35,446 nucleotides of DNA from Anaerolineales bacterium (GTDB taxonomy: Bacteria; Chloroflexota; Anaerolineae; Anaerolineales; UBA6663): positions 1 to 35,446 of the forward strand of contig DAOTXG010000013.1 of the NCBI GenBank assembly GCA_034435515.1. Reading direction: 5' to 3'. The notes under the pieces were generated by a model. The model worked only from the letters and a program-made list of their open reading frames with translations, searched no databases and had not been told where the DNA came from. Position 1 is the stretch's first letter, and each line of letters begins with the position of its first letter. This document shows positions 6,528 to 14,447 of this stretch, in pieces. A program made the translations under genes and the position numbers.

Positions 6528-8987
6528 TCGGAGCCGTTCTCCCTTCGGGTCGTACAGCACGTCGGCCGTCACCGTCGCCGGGACGCGCTGGCCGAAGACC
6601 TCGGCCTCCAGCAGCGTCCCCTCCCGCGCCAGTTCCAGCGGCAGGTAGATGAAGGCGATGTTTTTGCCGACGGTGTAGCCGTAGCCGCCGGAGCGCAGAC
6701 GGCCTATAATTTCGCCGTCGGCGAAGACCGCCTCGCCGCCATAAACGACGATGTCGCCGCTCAGGGTCACGGTCGCCAGCCGGCGCTGGAGACCCTGCTC
6801 TTTGATCTTCAGCAGCGCCTCGCGGCCAATGAAATTGCAGGGTGAGCCGGTTCCATCGCCTTTGTTGAGTTTTACGCAGAAGCCCAGACCGGCCTCGTAA
6901 GGATTCTCGACCGGTGTAATGTCGGCGTTCCAGTAGCGGTAGGCCTTCTCCAGCCGGAGCGAGTCGAGCGCTTTGTACCCGGCCGGGGTGATGCCGAACT
7001 CCTTGCCCGCCGCCATGAACGCGTCCCACACCGCGCCCGCGTCGCCGGGGCGCACGTAGAACTCCCAACCCAACTCGCCCACGTAGGTCACGCGCTGCGC
7101 CCAGGCGTCTGCGCCGCCGATCTTGAGCCATTGGGCGGTCATGTACGGGAAGGCCGCATTCGAAACGTCGTCGGGCGTCGTCTTCTGCAGCACATCGCGG
7201 GCGCGCGGCCCCCACATCCCGATGGTCGCCCACGCCTCGGTAACCTCACGCACTTCCACTGAACTATCGTCGGGGAGGTGCATTCGTATCCAGCCCAGGT
7301 CGCCCGCGACGAAGTTGCTGCCGGTGATCACGCGGAAATGGTCCTCGCCCATGCGGATCACCGTCAAGTCGCTCTCGATGCCGCCGCGCGGGTTCAGAAA
7401 CTGAGTGTAAACGACGCTGCCTATCGGCCTATCCACGTTGTTGTCGGCCAGGCGCTGCAGCAGGGCCAGCGCGCCGGGGCCGCGCACGTCGATCTTGCCG
7501 AAGGAGGACATGTCCCACAGCGCCACGCGCTCGCGGGCAGCGCGGTGCTCCTTGCCTACGCGCTCGAAGAACGCCGGGCGCGCCCAGCCCCACTGCTTCT
7601 GCTCCGCGCCCATGCGGCGGCCCGGCTTGCCCGGCTCAAAATAGTTCACGCGCTCCCAGCCGTTCTTCTCGCCGAAGACCGCGCCCAGCGCCTCTAACCG
7701 CCAGTGGAGCGGACTGATCCGCCGGGGCCGCGCCCACTCGTTTTCGTCGTGCGGGTAGCGCAGCATGTAGTAGTAGCGATAAGACTCGCGCGCGCGCTCG
7801 GCGGCATAGCCGCGATCCTCCATGATCGGCCCGAAACGGCGCACGTTGAGTTCGGTCACGTCGTAGGGCGGCTCGCCGTTCACAATCCACTCGGCGATGA
7901 TCTCGCCAATCGCACCGCCCGCGCCAAAGCCCGTATGCGAGAGGCCGCAGGCCGCCCAGAACCCGCGCACCCCCGGCACGGGGCCGAGCAGCGGGCGGCT
8001 GTCGGGTGTGATGGCTTCCGGCCCGTTCACCAGGTGCGCAAGTTCGGCCTTTTCCAGGATCGGGAGGCGCTTAATCGCGCCTTCCATGATCGGCCCGAAC
8101 AAATCCCAGTCCGGGGGCAGCAGCTGGCTCGTAAAATTCCACGGCACGCCGCCCGCCGACCACGCTACCGGCTCTGTTTCAAACCCGCCGATGAGGAAAC
8201 CGCCCTGCTCTTCGCGCATGTAGAAGAGATGCTCGGGGTCGCGGAGACAGGGCGTATTGTGAGGTAGTTCGTAATTGGGAATGGGCCTGGTGGCCAGATG
8301 CTGGTGGACGAGCGGAGTCATAGGCAGGTTAACTCCGACCATCTGCCCAACCTGCCGGCCCCACATGCCGGCGGCGTTGATCACGCACTCGGTCTGGATC
8401 GCGCCCTGCCCGGTGTGGACGGCGACGACCTCGCGGCGCGGCCCCAACTCGACGCCGGTGACGCGCGTTTCGGTGGCGATGGTGACGCCCATTTCCCGCG
8501 CGCGCCGGGCGATCTCCATCGTCACGCCGTTCGGGTCCACGTGGCCGTCGTTCGGCAGGTAAAGCGCGCCGTAAAGCTCATCCCGGCTCAGATACGGAAA
8601 CAGGCGCAGGGCCTCTTCCGGCCCGATGGTCTCCACGTTCAAGCCAATGGCTTTCGCCATGCTCACCTGCCGCTGCAAGAACCTGAACTGATCCCCGCTG
8701 GAGGCGACGCGCAGGCTGCCCACCTCGTGCCAGCCAATCGAGTGGCCGGCCTCGTTCTGCAAGTCGCGGTAGAGCGAAATGCTGATCTTGCGCATCCGCA
8801 TCAGCGCGGGCGAGGTATGGAAGTGCGTGAGCAGCCCGGCGGCGTGCCAGGTGGAGCCGCTCGTCAACTGGCCCTTGTCGAGCAGCAAGACGTCCTTACG
8901 GCCCAGTCTGGCGAGGTCATAGGCGATGCTGCAACCGGCGATCCCGCCGCCGATGATGACGATGGAGGAGTCTGGGAGGAGGGGCAT
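6522..8987 (-). CDS. FAD-dependent oxidoreductase fused to GcvT-like aminomethyltransferase domain (dimethylglycine/sarcosine dehydrogenase-like)
   Basis: ORF trimmed to the ATG at 8987, giving MPLLPDSSIVIIGGGIAGCSIAYDLARLG (dinucleotide-binding motif near the N-terminus). The C-terminal half has the GcvT fold pattern (FGKIDVRGPGA..., YVGELGWEFY). The upstream part of the track ORF runs through the heptamer repeats. Confidence 0.85.
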   Translation of the reverse strand: MPLLPDSSIVIIGGGIAGCSIAYDLARLGRKDVLLLDKGQLTSGSTWHAAGLLTHFHTSPALMRMRKISISLYRDLQNEAGHSIGWHEVGSLRVASSGDQFRFLQRQVSMAKAIGLNVETIGPEEALRLFPYLSRDELYGALYLPNDGHVDPNGVTMEIARRAREMGVTIATETRVTGVELGPRREVVAVHTGQGAIQTECVINAAGMWGRQVGQMVGVNLPMTPLVHQHLATRPIPNYELPHNTPCLRDPEHLFYMREEQGGFLIGGFETEPVAWSAGGVPWNFTSQLLPPDWDLFGPIMEGAIKRLPILEKAELAHLVNGPEAITPDSRPLLGPVPGVRGFWAACGLSHTGFGAGGAIGEIIAEWIVNGEPPYDVTELNVRRFGPIMEDRGYAAERARESYRYYYMLRYPHDENEWARPRRISPLHWRLEALGAVFGEKNGWERVNYFEPGKPGRRMGAEQKQWGWARPAFFERVGKEHRAARERVALWDMSSFGKIDVRGPGALALLQRLADNNVDRPIGSVVYTQFLNPRGGIESDLTVIRMGEDHFRVITGSNFVAGDLGWIRMHLPDDSSVEVREVTEAWATIGMWGPRARDVLQKTTPDDVSNAAFPYMTAQWLKIGGADAWAQRVTYVGELGWEFYVRPGDAGAVWDAFMAAGKEFGITPAGYKALDSLRLEKAYRYWNADITPVENPYEAGLGFCVKLNKGDGTGSPCNFIGREALLKIKEQGLQRRLATVTLSGDIVVYGGEAVFADGEIIGRLRSGGYGYTVGKNIAFIYLPLELAREGTLLEAEVFGQRVPATVTADVLYDPKGERLRG

Positions 8988-8989
8988 AG

Positions 8990-9105
8990 TCAGGTAAGTG
9001 GTAAGTAGTAAGTGGTAATTAGAGTGGGGATTATGCCATAAATAATCGGAGGTCGGAAAGACGTATCCGACCTCCGATTTACCAATCACCAATCCCCAAT
9101 TACCG
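8990..9105. repeat. intergenic repeat block: (GGTAAGT)-type heptamers, a 14-bp perfect hairpin, CCAAT-type heptamers
   Basis: ggtaagtggtaagtagtaagtggtaatt, then hairpin AATCGGAGGTCGGA-8 nt-TCCGACCTCCGATT (9044-9079), then accaatcaccaatccccaattacc. Confidence 0.7.
9044..9079 (-). terminator. probable intrinsic terminator of the permease gene
   Basis: Perfect 14-bp stem. On the minus-strand RNA it is followed by AUUAUUUAUGG. Lies 29 nt after the permease stop. Confidence 0.5.
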
Positions 9106-9107
9106 CT

Positions 9108-10766
9108 CTATTCCGGCGGAATCTCCTTGAAGGCGTACTCGACGTTGATGCCTCGGGATTTCTGGCTGCTCTTCATGTACACGTAGAGCAGCCACGAGAC
9201 CAGGATGATCGCGAAGGCGATGATCTGCGCCCAGAGGTTGGCGGGGAAGTTCTCGAAATTCCAGTTGCCCAGCACGCCTAGCTGCGGGGCAAACAGGAAG
9301 GCGAGGACCATCAGCGTGCCCAGCACCGCGCCGAGGCCGCCCAACACGGTGATGAGCGGATAACCGGCGAATTTATATTGCGCTCCGGGCGAGGCCTCGT
9401 ACAGGTCTTTAGCCCGATAAGGCAGGAGCGCGCCGGCCAGGCTGGTGACCACAAACACGTAGCCGCATCCGAAGGTCACGCCGAGGGTCAGGCCAATCCA
9501 GCCAGGGACGAGGTTGTAGGCGAGGATAACCGGGATGCTGGCGAGGAAGTAGGCCAGGTGCGCATTCACCGGGGTGTGCAGTTTCTCGTCCACGCGGCTG
9601 AACCATTCGGGGAGCAGCCGGTCGAGCGACATGGCGACCATCACGCGCGTCATGCCGATGTAGCAGTTGCACACAATCTGGAAGCCGTTGAGGATGTAGC
9701 CCAGGCCGATGATGAGCACGACAAGGGGGCTGGCGGTGAGCGCCACGGCCAGGATGGGCGGCCACAGGTTGAAGCCGGCGATGTTCGCTTCTCCGATCAG
9801 CGACCAGTAACCCGCGCCCGCGACGTACAGGAAGTCGGAACCGGCGACGCGCTCAATGCCCACCGCCAACAACGCCAGCAGCAGACCGGTGAAGATGAGC
9901 GAGCCGACCATGATGAAGGTCTGCGCCCGGAAATTCTTGGCGTCCTTAATCTCGCCGTTCTGCTGGGCCGAGTAGGTTGCCCACTGGAGCGACGTCCAGG
10001 CGATAGGCGCGACCAGCAGCGTAAACCACAGGTTGAAGGGCGGGTTGAGATCAATCTCGGCGGCCTGCACCGCGCTCACCGCCGTCTGGTAGAAATTCTC
10101 CGCGCCGCCGGAGGCCACGGCAAACGCATTCAGCCGCTCGACAAACGCCGTCGGGGGCGTGGTGAACAAGACGAAGAACACGACCGCGAAGGCGAGCAGC
10201 GTGCCCCACCACATCACGTGCTGGAAGCGGACGTAGTTCTTAAAGCCGCTGACCAGCAGGACGAGCGAGAGCAGCGCATTGACGACGCTGGTAATGATGA
10301 TCCCTGGCCCGGTCGTGAACCATACCCCGATGCTGGAGAACGCGGCATTGTTCATCGTCGCGCCCAACCCGAGGAACAGCGGCGCAAACCCCAGGTACGA
10401 GACCAGCCAGCCGGACAGCGCCACCCACTGCAAAATCCAGATCACAAAGCCGGACATCACCACGGTGAAGGCAAGACCCCCGCCGAACACGCGGCTCTGA
10501 AAGACGTAGTCGCCGCCCGAACGAGGGAGGGCTGTGGAGAGCCACACGTAGGCAAAGGCGATGGGGATTTCGATGAGAGTGGCGAGGAGGATGCCCCAGA
10601 CCAGATTGCCGCCCGGCAGCGCGCCGGGGGCCCACAGGTAGGTCCATGGGAAGATCAGGCCCATGGTGAGGATGTTGTAGACGAACGCCGAATACGGCGA
10701 CATCACCCGGACGAGGCCGGAAGCCTTGCGGGTGAAGACTTCGGGAGTCGTGGCAATTGCGGACAT
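9108..10766 (-). CDS. APC superfamily amino acid/amine permease
   Basis: ORF trimmed to the ATG at 10766, preceded by GGAGGAGAAACT. About 12 hydrophobic segments and about 550 aa, the typical APC length. Confidence 0.8.
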   Translation of the reverse strand: MSAIATTPEVFTRKASGLVRVMSPYSAFVYNILTMGLIFPWTYLWAPGALPGGNLVWGILLATLIEIPIAFAYVWLSTALPRSGGDYVFQSRVFGGGLAFTVVMSGFVIWILQWVALSGWLVSYLGFAPLFLGLGATMNNAAFSSIGVWFTTGPGIIITSVVNALLSLVLLVSGFKNYVRFQHVMWWGTLLAFAVVFFVLFTTPPTAFVERLNAFAVASGGAENFYQTAVSAVQAAEIDLNPPFNLWFTLLVAPIAWTSLQWATYSAQQNGEIKDAKNFRAQTFIMVGSLIFTGLLLALLAVGIERVAGSDFLYVAGAGYWSLIGEANIAGFNLWPPILAVALTASPLVVLIIGLGYILNGFQIVCNCYIGMTRVMVAMSLDRLLPEWFSRVDEKLHTPVNAHLAYFLASIPVILAYNLVPGWIGLTLGVTFGCGYVFVVTSLAGALLPYRAKDLYEASPGAQYKFAGYPLITVLGGLGAVLGTLMVLAFLFAPQLGVLGNWNFENFPANLWAQIIAFAIILVSWLLYVYMKSSQKSRGINVEYAFKEIPPE

Positions 10767-10957
10767 AGTTTCTCCTCCGGCAAAAGCAAATGACACACGG
10801 CCAACAAGGACCAGCCACAAACGTTTGCAGACAGTTAGAGCAAATCCGGCCCCAGACACCTCCTATGGATGTTCGTTGCGGTAAAGAGTTCGCGGTGAAA
10901 TACGAGGCAAGTGTAGTCCTTCTGCCTGAAAATGCAAATCGGCGAAAGAAGACGAGG

Positions 10958-11185
10958 CTACCCCAGCAGCGCCTCGACGCTCTCCCGAAACACGCGCGTG
11001 TGATAATCAATGTCCTCCGCGGTCGTCGCGGGCGAAATGAGCGCCATGTTGTGAAAAGGCGTGAGCAGGATGCCCCGGTTGAGCGCGGCGAGGTGTTTCT
11101 TACCGGCCAGCGGGCCGTGTGGGAACGAGATGGCACAGAGCGGCTTGGACGCAGGTACATGGCGCGTTTCTAACGCAAATTGCAA
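10958..11185 (-). pseudogene. 3'-terminal remnant of a class III (GSA-aminomutase-like) aminotransferase gene
   Basis: Only the last 60 or so residues of the family are present (...LNRGILLTPFHNMALISPATTAEDIDYHTRVFRESVEALLG*). There is no upstream coding continuation; the sequence runs into AT-richer promoter-like DNA. Confidence 0.55.
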
Positions 11186-11219
11186 AACGTTAGAATTGGT
11201 CTCAACTGCGAGAGGGGAG

Positions 11220-11247
11220 ATTATAGGCCCGGTTTGGGCGCATTCAA
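11220..11247 (-). promoter_or_regulatory. sigma70-like promoter (minus strand): TTGAAT-16 nt-TATAAT
   Basis: The reverse complement of 11242-11247 is TTGAAT and of 11220-11225 is TATAAT. It points toward the aminotransferase remnant and permease. An 8-bp hairpin TTCTAACG/CGTTAGAA (about 11169-11197) lies in the leader. Confidence 0.45.
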
Positions 11248-11301
11248 AGCGCGATGGACAACTTCAACGAAATTCATCCGGGAAAGATATGCAAAAGTAT
11301 A

Positions 11302-11331
11302 TTGACTTTCATGCAAGATGAGTCTTATACT
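11302..11331 (+). promoter_or_regulatory. sigma70-like promoter (plus strand): TTGACT-18 nt-TATACT
   Basis: TTGACT at 11302-11307 and TATACT at 11326-11331. It is back-to-back with the minus-strand promoter. Near-consensus AT-rich hexamers are rare in this G+C-rich DNA. Confidence 0.5.
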
Positions 11332-11337
11332 AGGACA

Positions 11338-11745
11338 TAGAAGCAAAGCACCTTCAACAATCAGGCAGCGGAGGGGTTATCCGGCTCCAGCAATAGAGCA
11401 GCGCGAGGTATGGCGGCACAGTCCCGACCAGATCAGCGCGGAGAAGAATTAGAGGAAAAGAAACAGAGCCACACTCAACTTCTCCCCGGTGAAGCGGACC
11501 TCGCCTGGACGAAAGTGCTGGTGTTTCCACCCGGCGGCAAGAACTGGCAGCACGACCGCCAGACACTACTCCAAGGGTGAGCCGATAACCGGACCCAGGC
11601 CATGGCCCAATCCCCAGTGGACCAGCCGTGCCCTAGGAGAGAGGTACCTCTCCACCGACGAAGTTGCCTATTTATTATACGGTTGTTGAAAGCGGCTTTG
11701 CTGAGGAGCCGGATTACGTACACGAATCCGGCTCCGTTTCTTTTT
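11338..11745 (+). ncRNA. candidate structured non-coding RNA of about 400 nt, class unknown
   Basis: Bounded by the promoter at 11302-11331 and the terminator at 11705-11745. No ORF has a usable SD, and codon style is atypical. A long-range 12-bp helix joins 11375-11387 and 11579-11590. Local hairpins lie at 11440-11485 and 11636-11653. Confidence 0.4.
11705..11745 (+). terminator. rho-independent terminator (plus strand)
   Basis: GGAGCCGGATT-acgtacacg-AATCCGGCTCC followed by GTTTCTTTTT. Confidence 0.6.
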
Positions 11746-11890
11746 ATAGGTATCCAGAAAAGTCTTTTCCCAAATTCTGCTGTCAACGAATACTAAACGA
11801 ATGGCAGCACGAGCGCGTATTTGTTTACGCGAAGCGGTTGATCATTCGTTGACAGAGAGGCGTGAGAAAATTTACCTGGATCGCTATACT
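11744..11890 (-). repeat. nested-inverted-repeat element, copy 1 (flanks in minus orientation relative to copy 2)
   Basis: IR1 is CTGTCAACGAAT (11780-11791) / ATTCGTTGACAG (11844-11855). The flanks match the reverse complement of the flanks of 32725-32880. Confidence 0.75.
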
Positions 11891-11904
11891 TCGAACTCCC
11901 GGTT

Positions 11905-13176
11905 TCAACTGATGGGCCACGAATTCCCGTTCCGCCTCTCCCGCAATACCGCCTCGTACAACTGGATAATCTTCTCCGCGATCAGCGGCCAGGCGTAGCC
12001 GCGGGCGTAAGCGGCGGCCTGCTCGCCCAACTCGCGCCGGAGCAGCGGATCGGTGAGGACCTGGCACATCCGGTCGGCCAGGGTTTCTGGATCACGGTCG
12101 GGAACGTGAAAGCCGGTCTCGCCGTCGCGCACCAGGACGGCCAGGCCGCCCACCTCCGCGGCGATCACCGGCGTGCCGCACGCCATCGCCTCCAAAGCCA
12201 CCATCCCGAACGATTCGTAATGCGAGGGCATAATGACCGCTTCCGCCGCCGCGTAATAATCGGGAAGCGCATCCTGATCCTGCTGCCCCAGGAATGTCAC
12301 CAGGTCGGCCACCCCCAACTCCTCCCGCAAGTCTTTGAGCCGCTGCATTTCCAGGTTCTTCTGGGCCGCCGTCTCGTCCGGGTCGCCGCCGATGATGACC
12401 AGGCACATCTTTTCGCACTCGCATACTCCCCGGTCGCGCAGGAGCGCCACCGCCCGCAAGAGCGTTTCCAGCCCCTTGAGCGGCTCGATGCGCCCCACAA
12501 ACAGCAGCAACTGCAGGTCGGGGTTCACGCCCAGGCGCGCCTTAGCCTCGGCCCGCGAGCGGGGGTAGAAAAGGCCCAGGTCCACCCCGGGCGGAATAAC
12601 CGTAACCTTACGCACGTCTGCGCGGTAAAGCCATTGGAGTTGCGCTTCCTCCACGGGCGTCGCCGCGATGATCCGATCGGCGTCCTGGAGCAGCTCTGTC
12701 TCGACGCGCAGCCGCAGATCGCTCTCGCGCTCGTAAGGATGCTGGGCCACGCGGTTTTTCATGTGGCCGAGGGTATGGAACATTTGAACGAACGGCGCCC
12801 CCCAGGCAACCCGCAGGCTCCGTGCGGCCACCCCCGAGAGCCAGTAATGAGAATGCATCAGGTCATACCGCTCATCGCAGGCCCGCGCGAACTCGCGCAC
12901 CCCGCCCACAAATTCGGGCACGTGCCCATACAGGATTTCCTTTGGCAGCGGCGCCTCCGGCCCCGCCGGGATGTGGATCACCCGGTTGCCATAACCGAGG
13001 TCCTCCTTGACGTGCGGCTGGTGTTCGTCCTGGGAGCGGGTGAACACGTCCACGTGGAAGCCCTGCCGCCCGAGCTCACGCGTCAGGTCGCGGACGTAGA
13101 CGTTCATCCCGCCCGTATCTTTGCCGCCCAGGGTCGCCAGGGGGCAGGTGTGAAAGGAAAGCATGGCAATGCGCAT
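11905..13176 (-). CDS. GT4 family glycosyltransferase, MshA-like
   Basis: MRIAMLSFHTCPLATLGGKDTGGMNVYVRDLTRELGRQGFHVDVFTR... and C-terminal ESFGMVALEAMACGTPVIA are typical of the retaining GT-B GT4 family. Confidence 0.85.
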   Translation of the reverse strand: MRIAMLSFHTCPLATLGGKDTGGMNVYVRDLTRELGRQGFHVDVFTRSQDEHQPHVKEDLGYGNRVIHIPAGPEAPLPKEILYGHVPEFVGGVREFARACDERYDLMHSHYWLSGVAARSLRVAWGAPFVQMFHTLGHMKNRVAQHPYERESDLRLRVETELLQDADRIIAATPVEEAQLQWLYRADVRKVTVIPPGVDLGLFYPRSRAEAKARLGVNPDLQLLLFVGRIEPLKGLETLLRAVALLRDRGVCECEKMCLVIIGGDPDETAAQKNLEMQRLKDLREELGVADLVTFLGQQDQDALPDYYAAAEAVIMPSHYESFGMVALEAMACGTPVIAAEVGGLAVLVRDGETGFHVPDRDPETLADRMCQVLTDPLLRRELGEQAAAYARGYAWPLIAEKIIQLYEAVLRERRNGNSWPIS

Positions 13177-13185
13177 GAAGGAGAT

Positions 13186-13191
13186 TATAAC
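13186..13191 (-). promoter_or_regulatory. -10 box TATAAT placed 7 nt before the GT4 ATG (possible leaderless mRNA)
   Basis: The minus strand reads GGTTATAATCTCCTTCATG. There is no SD, and the -10 to ATG distance equals the usual -10 to TSS distance. Confidence 0.35.
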
Positions 13192-13214
13192 CGCGAATAT
13201 GGCGGGCGGGTGGT

Positions 13215-13243
13215 TTGCCGCTCTTAAGGGCTTGTGCTAAACT
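13215..13243 (+). promoter_or_regulatory. candidate promoter with extended -10 (TTGCCG-17 nt-TAAACT, TG at 13235-13236)
   Basis: TTGCCG at 13215-13220 and TGcTAAACT at 13235-13243, upstream of the REC-ATPase operon. Confidence 0.35.
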
Positions 13244-13301
13244 GGCAGGCGCACCTCTCCGGCAGCCGTGTGTAGTTTCCTGCCCCGGATGGGAAAGTGG
13301 C

Positions 13302-14447
13302 ATGGCCGAAAAAATCCTCATCGTAGACGACGACCTCGACACGCTGAAACTGGTCGGGCTGATTCTGCAGCGGCACGGCTTCCAGATCGCCGCCGCCAGC
13401 GGCGGTTTGCAAGCGCTCAGCAAAGCCGCCGCCGAGCGCCCGGACATCATTTTGCTGGATTTGATGATGCCGGACCTCGACGGCTACGAGGTCACCCGCC
13501 GCTTGCGGGCGAACGCCGCGCTGGCTCACATCCCGATCATTATGTTCACGGCCAAGACGCTGCTCGACGACAAAGTCGCGGGGTTCGAAGCCGGGGCCGA
13601 CGATTACCTGACCAAACCCACCCATCCCTCCGAACTCGTGGCGCACATCAAGGCGCTGCTCGCGCGCTCGCAAGCCACCCGGGCCCAGACGGTTCCCATC
13701 GCACTCGGACGCATCGTCACTTTCATCGGCGCGAAAGGCGGTGTTGGGACCTCGACGGCCGCGCTCAATTTCGCCGCCGCGGCGGCGCAGGCCGGCCAGA
13801 ACGTCATTCTCGCCGACCTGCACTCCGGTTCCGGTTCCATTGGGTTGATGCTGGGGATGACGGCCAGACCGAGCGCCAGCAGCCTCCTCGCCAGACCTAT
13901 CGGCGACCTGGACCAACGCACCGTCGGCGATCAGCTGACCGCGCACCCCTCCGGCATCCGGGTGCTGGCCAGCGCGCCTGAGCCGAGTGAGGTCCACCTG
14001 ACCAACAACGCCGCGCAGATCGAGACGGTGGTCAAAACGCTGGCGCAGATGAGCCAGGTGCTCGTCCTCGACCTGGGCACCGGCCTGGCCGAGGCCAGCC
14101 GGCGGATCGCGGCGCTCAGCGACCTGCTCGTCGTCGTCTCTGAACCGACGCGCCTCTCCCTGCTGCAATCTAAAGCGCTCGTCGCCAACCTGATGGGCCT
14201 GGGCCTGCCGGCCGCGCGCATCGAGGTCGTCCTGGTCAACCGTTCCCCCTCGACCCTGCAAATTTCCTGGCAACAGGCGGAACAGATGCTGGGGGCCAAG
14301 ATTTCGACCATTGTGACCCCAGCGCCCGAACTGGCCTACCAGTCGGTCGAAGCCGGGACGCCCATGGTGTTGCTGCGCGCCGACAGCCTGACGGCCGATC
14401 AACTGCGCAAGATGACAAATCAGCTGTTGGAAAGATTGAGCAAATGA
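13302..14447 (+). CDS. response-regulator receiver domain fused to ParA/MinD-type (CpaE/TadZ-like) ATPase
   Basis: Trimmed to the ATG at 13302 (MAEKILIVDDDLDTLKLVG...DLMMPDLDGYEV...MFTAK). Followed by a deviant Walker A, FIGAKGGVGTSTAALNFA. Confidence 0.8.
   Translation: MAEKILIVDDDLDTLKLVGLILQRHGFQIAAASGGLQALSKAAAERPDIILLDLMMPDLDGYEVTRRLRANAALAHIPIIMFTAKTLLDDKVAGFEAGADDYLTKPTHPSELVAHIKALLARSQATRAQTVPIALGRIVTFIGAKGGVGTSTAALNFAAAAAQAGQNVILADLHSGSGSIGLMLGMTARPSASSLLARPIGDLDQRTVGDQLTAHPSGIRVLASAPEPSEVHLTNNAAQIETVVKTLAQMSQVLVLDLGTGLAEASRRIAALSDLLVVVSEPTRLSLLQSKALVANLMGLGLPAARIEVVLVNRSPSTLQISWQQAEQMLGAKISTIVTPAPELAYQSVEAGTPMVLLRADSLTADQLRKMTNQLLERLSK

Noticed and set aside
11410-11580. A 56-codon ORF (MAAQSRPDQRGEELEEKK...) inside the ncRNA candidate.
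   Set aside because: The GAGG lies only 1 nt from the ATG. Codon usage is rich in A/T-ending codons, unlike the local genes. No family is recognisable. A small protein cannot be fully excluded.
11338-11745. RNase P RNA. Local resemblance was noted: GCGGAGGGG..UCCGGCUCCA..AUAGAGCAG, CCACCCGG.G.CAAG and GGUGAAG, plus a P4-like long-range helix with a bulge.
   Set aside because: The universally conserved GGAAAGUCC (CR-I) and ACAGAAYCCGGCUUA (CR-V) elements are absent, and the P15-P18 region is missing. The resemblance is partly to variable E. coli-specific positions recalled from memory. It is kept only as an unknown-class ncRNA candidate and still deserves a cmsearch.
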